The notes under the pieces are model-generated. The model did not search any database and had not been told where the DNA came from. It saw only the letters and a program-made list of their open reading frames with translations. The translations under genes were made by a program, and so were the position numbers. Shown here in pieces: positions 58,150 through 64,000 of a stretch of DNA of 64,000 nt; within the stretch, counting starts at the first letter, position 1; every line of letters begins with the position of its first letter. The DNA is from Octopus vulgaris (taxonomy: Eukaryota), in NCBI GenBank assembly GCA_951406725.2, contig OX597827.1:83018001-83082000 (forward strand), given 5' to 3'.

Positions 58150-61100
58150 GATAATACTGATTAATCATGCATAAGATCTATTTCATGTCATTTCTAGTTA
58201 TGAAATTTTAACAAAAGAAGTAAAATCTATCAGCACATCTTTGGTTGTCACTGAGTCTTGTAAAGAGGTAAATTGGGGGGGGGGGGGTCAGCTATGATCA
58301 TCATTTCTTTCAATTTTGCCTAACCACTGAAAGGAAGATTTGATGCTTTGGGTCAAAAGATTTTATATATTCAAAGCTACTGCCTGGAAGTAGAGAGTCC
58401 AAGCATTCTATAAAAATGGCTTTAAGGCTGTATAAGTTCACTCCATACTCTTTGTCAACATGACCAATGTATTTTGGTCTGCCCTGACAGAAATCTTTAG
58501 TGGTCAAAATAATTGAATTTTGTGAAATGAACACAAGTGGATACCATTTTGATGTGCACTGAATCAATTCTGCAATGGCAAAGCCACACAGCCTACAGGC
58601 AATACTATTGTCTGCACAGAGCAGCTTTGCAATTGTCATGTATTAAACCTCTCGTTAGCAACTCGCCTAAAATCTCTCATATATATACCCTAAAATACAG
58701 CTGTAATGTAGCAGTAAATCCATTTAGAGAAAGCACCAGATTTCTCTTGTACCACACGGGTGCTTAAATGTGAATGTTGTCTTCTTCAAATTTGGGGATA
58801 CTTTTACATAACTCTTTGTAAAATATCTATAAATTTTACCTTTTTAAAATAATTGGATGCCAGCTTCAGATTGTGGAGTAACAAATCCATGTTTGAAGAA
58901 TTTGGCTGAGTCAATAAAAATACAATAAACAAAACCATGTGGCTAATTTATTCTAGAAAGAGAATGCAATGGCAATATTCAAAATGAAAGAAACAGGACC
59001 CAATTACAGTCTTCTGGATGACACAAAATTATTCCAGTGCTAATTTCATAGGTAGTAACAACATGGCTAAAGTACCAACACATTTCTATGGTAACTCAGC
59101 ATATATTCCTGTTCATTTTATCATGTCTAGCTGCGTAGGCTCGTCTGTGGCTGTGTGAAGTTTGTCTCTCAACCATCTGGCTTCAGTTCCCACTATGTGG
59201 AACCTATGGCACGTATCTTCTACTATAGCCTCAGGCTATAGTAGTGTGTATGTATGTTTTTTTTGTCTGTGTTTGTCCCTGTAACTTAGCAGTTTAGCAA
59301 AAGCATCCAATACAATAATTACAAAGCTTACAAAAAATGTAAGTTCTGGGCTTGATTCCTTCAACTAGAAATTCTTCAAAGCAGTGCCCCAGCATGGCCA
59401 CACTCTAATGACTGAAACAAATAAAAGATAAAAGATGCCCTTCTTTAGTATCTTTTTCACTCTCCTTGAATCGGGAATGAACTCACAGCAAAAACACTGA
59501 GACAAGTTTTGACTTCAGTAAAATTCCAAGCCAAATAACTGGATCTTTCACAGCCAATTCTGATGAAGAAGGAACATTGAAGGATCCCATGTCCTATGTT
59601 GGCAAACACTGACACTGTCTGTTGTGGTGAATGTAACCAAACATCAACTCACCAGGTATGTGTTTGGCCCAGTTTATCAACTGAACTAAATCTTTATCTG
59701 CAACCTGGATCAGAAGCTGTAAAATATAATTTTTGGTCAGAGGAATACTGGGATTCAGCTTGCATTCAGGGACGGCAAAATCATTCTTGGAGAGTTCTTC
59801 AACCAAAGAGGAAGACTTTGATAAACGCTGACTCTGAAATAGAAACAAGATAAAGTTGAAAGTATTTTACTAAACACAGTATGTGATGGCAATTAAGGGA
59901 CAAGGTTTAGGTTAACTTGCTTATATCTATTTGGTAGGATCTTTGAGTCACATGGATGTATAAGGTCAGCGGGTTTTATTGTTATATGAATCTATAGGGA
60001 AAGATGGATTTATTGGTTGTATAAGTCAAGTTAATTTTTTGGCTCAAAAAGCAAAAAGCAAGGCCATGTAGGGGGACATGGAGTTATGTACAGGGAGGGT
60101 GTTCATACAAAGAGTTCAGGCCATTTCTGGTCAAGAGAGACTTTGAACCGAGCGGTCGTCGGCATCTTTACTATCTCGTCCGGCAGCTTATTCCACGGAT
60201 CTGCAACCCGGACGGAGAAAGCCCCACTCCTTCGATTGAGATGAAATCGTCGCAGAAAGAGCTTTTCGGAGTGACCCTGCAGCCCACGCTCTGGAGCAGG
60301 AGTGAAGAACAGCTCTTTCGAGAGGTTACACTTTCCCCTTATGATGTTGTGAGCAAGAATGAGATCACCACGGTCGAGCGTCTTCAGCCTTTCTTCATAA
60401 GACAAATGCTTGAGATCAAGAACCATGCGGGTAGCCAGCTTCTGGACTCTTTCGAGATGATGTATGTCTTTGAGGTGATAAGGAGAAGAGGCTTGAATCC
60501 CGTACTCCAATATGGGTCTCACCAGCGTGACATGGAGCGGTAGGAATATGGCTGCTGTGAGCATTCCGAATAACTGTCGAATCAAAATCAGAACTCCACG
60601 TGCTTTGTTGGTAGCATGGACGCACTGGGCCGAAGGCGAAAAGGAAGAATCCACCAAGATACCCAGGTCCTTTACCTGGTCGGTCCTCTCCAGCAGCAGA
60701 CAACCCGGCTCGAAATCAAGTTGAGTTGCAGGAGAGGAGCCAACAGGCAGATAACAGCACTTTGACACGTTCAAACACAGGTCCCATTCGTTAGACCATC
60801 TCCAAACTTGGTGGAGGCATTGACGAAGATCCTCTATATCACCGCGAGGAGCGACCAGTTTGACATCATCGGCAAATAGAGGGGTGTGTTGCGTGAGGTC
60901 GTCGGGCAAGTCATTTATGAAGACTAAAAACAATAAGGGCCCAAGCACTGAACTTTGAGGCACGCCACTGCTCGCACTGGAGACGTCAGACAGCAAACCA
61001 TTGGATCTGTTCATTGAATAATTCTATTTGGTTATATACATCCACCAGTTATATGGATTTGTTGCTTATATGGCTGTACATTGAATAATATAAACACTAC

Positions 61101-62890
61101 CACATGGACTAAAATAGATGGTATTATAACATTTCACTGAAGTACGATAGAATGGTGAGCCAACAACACAGCAGCTCCTCACTGCACATCACATGCACAC
61201 ACTCTACAACAGCACAGAGAAAGCGAGGATTAAGAAGTAAACCTTTGCTGGTTGGTTTCCACTGGTTGAATTCACTGTTGAATCTGAGAAGTCGGCACTG
61301 CTTCGTTTTACTTTAGTTTGGTTGGAACTGTTTTTTCTCTCCTTCCTTTGGCTACCTGCAAATCAAAGCAACAATATATATGCAGATATATATATATATA
61401 TATACAACCTATATATGTAGTATACACCTTTGTGTGTATATGTATAATTTATATGTGTGTTGATGTGACATCTACTATATAACAAGATTATAAAACAGCC
61501 GTAAAAAATGGAATAAACGTACTCACTCACCTCACTTCTCTTATTCTATACACACAGATTGATAGATGTGTGTATACAAGGTGTCTTGGCTAAATCTGAC
61601 AGTTTGCTTAAAAGATCCCTTCTCAAAATAAAAGTATTTAAAAAAAAATCAAAGACAATCAATTAGATTACTAAAAGATACCCTCAGCTTCCACCACAGC
61701 TTCAAGATGGCTTGAGCACCTGATGCATTCTTCACTGTGTCCCTGGGAAAATCTTTGAATGTGTTCCTGTATCTCTGGGAAGATTTTTGAACACTTCCTT
61801 GATCTTCGCCACCAGCTTGGCTTTGGGGTTGCATGTAGAGCAATCGGTGTCTTTCTCAAGCACTCCCTAGAGATAGTAATCCAGGGTATTAATATTTTCC
61901 CGATGTATGGCAAAGAACCGAATCCTGCTGCCACACATACGACCTTCCAACAGCAAAGCCTCTCCAGTAGCTCCACATAACTGTCTGAATTAAACATAAA
62001 ACCCTGTTCAAAGATGTAGGGTGGCACGATGTCATCCTCCCTGGAAACACATCCAAAGACCATCACAGTTTAGGGGAACTTGGTTTCCATGATACATGGG
62101 GCCTCACATGGATTGTAAGCAAGCCATCTGTTGTTCTGGGTGTTGGGCAACTGGTCCTGGCAGTTCTTTTCATCTGAGAAAAGCTCAACAGGATGCCGGA
62201 GATTGTTCAGGAGCTGCTTTGCCCCTGTCAAGTGGCTCGCCTTGACTGTGGCTGTCAGAATTTGTCCCTTGCGACTCTTGTACGAGAAGTAGTGAAGATC
62301 CTCAAATCACAGCTGAGCCATGCAAATATAGTGATGATGCCGCCATGGTGATGATGATGATAAGTAAATGCCCCTAATATTGAAAAAGGTGTGGACAAAG
62401 TCACCCCTAAGAACCAAGCCAAGTGTTGGTTTATGTAGACTGGACATAACACCAGAGAAACTTGTCAATCTTTGGCTTATTTTAAATTTTTTCAATGCTT
62501 CACAACACACAAATATTTATATATATCATCATCATCACTGCCAATATATACATGCACACATTTATATACAAGACAGATACCCTTCCTGTAAGCAACTCTT
62601 GCCTGTTTTTTAAGTGAGGTACTTTTATTCCACAGGTCTTCACATGTTGAAACTGACAAACACCCCAAATGACAAGATATTGTTTACAGATGTATGTCAT
62701 CCAAACCGTGTCAGCGTTAAGACACACGGAAATAGACGCACACACAAACATTTACGTGTAACACATACACACATATCAAACTGTATTGACCAAACTATTA
62801 GATATTGCTGCACACCACTGATCACAATGCATGCACCACCTTATGCTGTTTAAGCTTTTGAATGATTCTGCCCTGTTGGCTGGGCAGGTC

Positions 62891-62921
<31 letters not shown>

Positions 62922-63179
62922 CTTGTAATCCATTATCTTTCCAAAACAATAGAATGCTTCAATTGCATCAACAAACTATCGTTGTTGTGAAGTTAAGAGA
63001 ACAGAAGGAAAAGGGGTCTCTACTAACCAACAAACAGAAGCATCCGTTGGGGCTGACAATCTTACCTTTATTCATGCCCACTTCATAACATTTGCGTAAG
63101 CGACAAGCTTGGCAACTCTTACGTCGATGTTTATCAATTGTACAGCTGTTGGTGGCAGGACACACATAATCAACTGGAC
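55974..63179 (-). CDS. ER: Estrogen receptor (molluscan ER, NR3), 3' part of a multi-exon gene; exons for the A/B region and zinc finger 1 lie beyond the window end
   Basis: Six exons join in compatible phases (1,0,1,2,1) into [38 protein letters not shown]...[37 protein letters not shown]...[12 protein letters not shown]. These are ER-type D-box/zinc finger 2, LBD signature and AF-2 motifs. Confidence 0.97.
56330..56780. repeat. Degenerate ~21-bp minisatellite (gacatactgtannacacatca) in both orientations in the last ER intron
   Basis: Direct copies at 56500-56630; inverted copies at ~56420-56440 and 56635-56740. Confidence 0.7.
56852..56982 (-). CDS. ER: ER exon: LBD helices 7-8 (131 bp)
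   Basis: tgtttcag acceptor and gtatg donor; (K)[43 protein letters not shown](E). Confidence 0.95.
57565..57785. mobile_element. Degenerate piggyBac-like MITE in an ER intron
   Basis: Relic inverted ends ttacccattaagcatt...aatgcta; resembles a common octopod repeat as recalled, not verified. Confidence 0.45.
57831..57972 (-). CDS. ER: ER exon: LBD helices 4-6 (142 bp), followed by a non-canonical TT donor
   Basis: caatag acceptor; (G)[46 protein letters not shown](K); then TTAAGT rather than GTAAGT. Confidence 0.93.
59130..59435 (+). mobile_element. SINE remnant in an ER intron
   Basis: cagttcccactatgtgg head and gcatggccacactctaatgactgaaacaaataaaagataaaaga tail. Confidence 0.6.
59653..59833 (-). 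CDS. ER: ER exon: end of hinge and LBD helices 1-3 (181 bp)
   Basis: tttcag acceptor and gtgag donor; [14 protein letters not shown]...[18 protein letters not shown](G). Confidence 0.96.
60030..61014 (-). mobile_element. 5'-truncated CR1-clade LINE; RT ORF 60103-61014, in an ER intron
   Basis: [48 protein letters not shown] and WNKLP motifs. Confidence 0.95.
61243..61355 (-). CDS. ER: ER exon: hinge with basic NLS-like region (113 bp)
   Basis: ttgcag acceptor and gtttac donor; encodes (G)[37 protein letters not shown]; phases fit both neighbouring exons; not in the ORF track. Confidence 0.88.
61577..62270 (-). mobile_element. Truncated maT/DD37D transposon in an ER intron
   Basis: [20 protein letters not shown] and [16 protein letters not shown]; homologous to 20028-21242. 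Confidence 0.85.
63066..63179 (-). CDS. ER: ER exon: second C4 zinc finger (114 bp)
   Basis: tttatgtttag acceptor and gtaag donor; encodes (G)[37 protein letters not shown](G). Confidence 0.97.
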
Positions 63180-63516
63180 CTAAACATAAATAAATAGAAA
63201 ATGTCAACAACTGCAGAAAAAATATTCCACAATGAAATCAGAAAAAAAGGTGAAATAATAAAGAATTAAATAATCAAGTTCAAACAAAATTCTGCTTGCC
63301 CCACTAAACATCAAAAGTACAATTCACTAACAGCATTACCATATTATTTTCAGGTCATTACTATGGCATAGAAGAGTTGTTTCCTCTTTTGCATAAAGTT
63401 AATTAATGTTTAATATTGTGGGATGGCATAATTATTCTATATTCTATATCCATAAAGAGTACTTTTCCCCATATTCCGGTACAATGTGATAGGTATATGA
63501 TAAGTTATATATATGT

Positions 63517-64000
63517 ATTGGATCATCCCATAAATAATAGCTTTTTTCAATTGCATGAAATAAAAGTCGGAAGGGGCAGGATAAACTACCTGCATCAACT
63601 TGCTACAAAAGCAAGTAGTCATTTTACCTTGTGCTTATTCTTAGTGCAAGTTTTGAAGAGTGTAGTTCGATTTTAACAATTATTTTTTCAAAGTTATAAT
63701 GGAAGTGACAAACGAGCACATTCGGTATATTTTGCTTTAGGAGTTCCATAAAAGCAACAACACAACGGAAAGTGCAAGGAATATTAATGCAGTATATGGG
63801 GATCGGACAATAATCATCAGCCAGTGTCAACGGTGGTTCCAGAAACTACAGCCTAGAAGATGAGCCTTGTCCTCGAATAACTGCAGAGCTTGACGAGGAC
63901 ATCCTGCAAACCCTGATGGGAAAAAACCCCATCGTAACTGTTGAGGAACTAGCAGAGAAGCTTGGATTTGGTCATTCCACCATTCATTGACACCTGCGTG
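63517..64000 (+). mobile_element. 5' part of a degenerate mariner in an ER intron, running off the window
   Basis: MEVTNEHIRYILL*EFHK...ARNINAVYG...QRWFQK...TVEELAEKLG double-HTH region with stops. Confidence 0.85.

Noticed and set aside
63180-64000. ER zinc finger 1 (P-box) exon
   Set aside because: Not found. This stretch is intron plus a mariner remnant, so the exon lies outside the window.

Overview
AT-rich, repeat-dominated metazoan DNA, most likely an octopus. This rests on the molluscan-type estrogen receptor, the octopod-like SINEs and the very long (TA)/(TATG) arrays. The only confidently identified host gene is the 3' part of an estrogen receptor (NR3) on the minus strand. Six coding exons were reconstructed by hand (63179-63066, 61355-61243, 59833-59653, 57972-57831, 56982-56852, 56269-55974), covering zinc finger 2, the hinge and the whole ligand-binding domain. 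The 5' exons lie beyond the window. The exons join in frame only if the intron after 57831 starts with a non-canonical TT donor (TTAAGT). A 302-codon orphan ORF behind a strong splice acceptor (1864-2791, +) may be the last exon of a second, convergent gene. The ~52 kb between them is nested transposons: mariner, maT/DD37D, RTE, Tx1-like, Penelope-like, a solo LTR, MITEs and SINEs. It also holds roughly 15 kb of compound microsatellite, a decayed 39-bp (13-codon) tandem array, and three long palindromes, one with a minimal hammerhead-like motif in its loop. A CR1 LINE, a maT copy and a mariner lie in ER introns. Repeat family names are motif-based and were not checked against databases.
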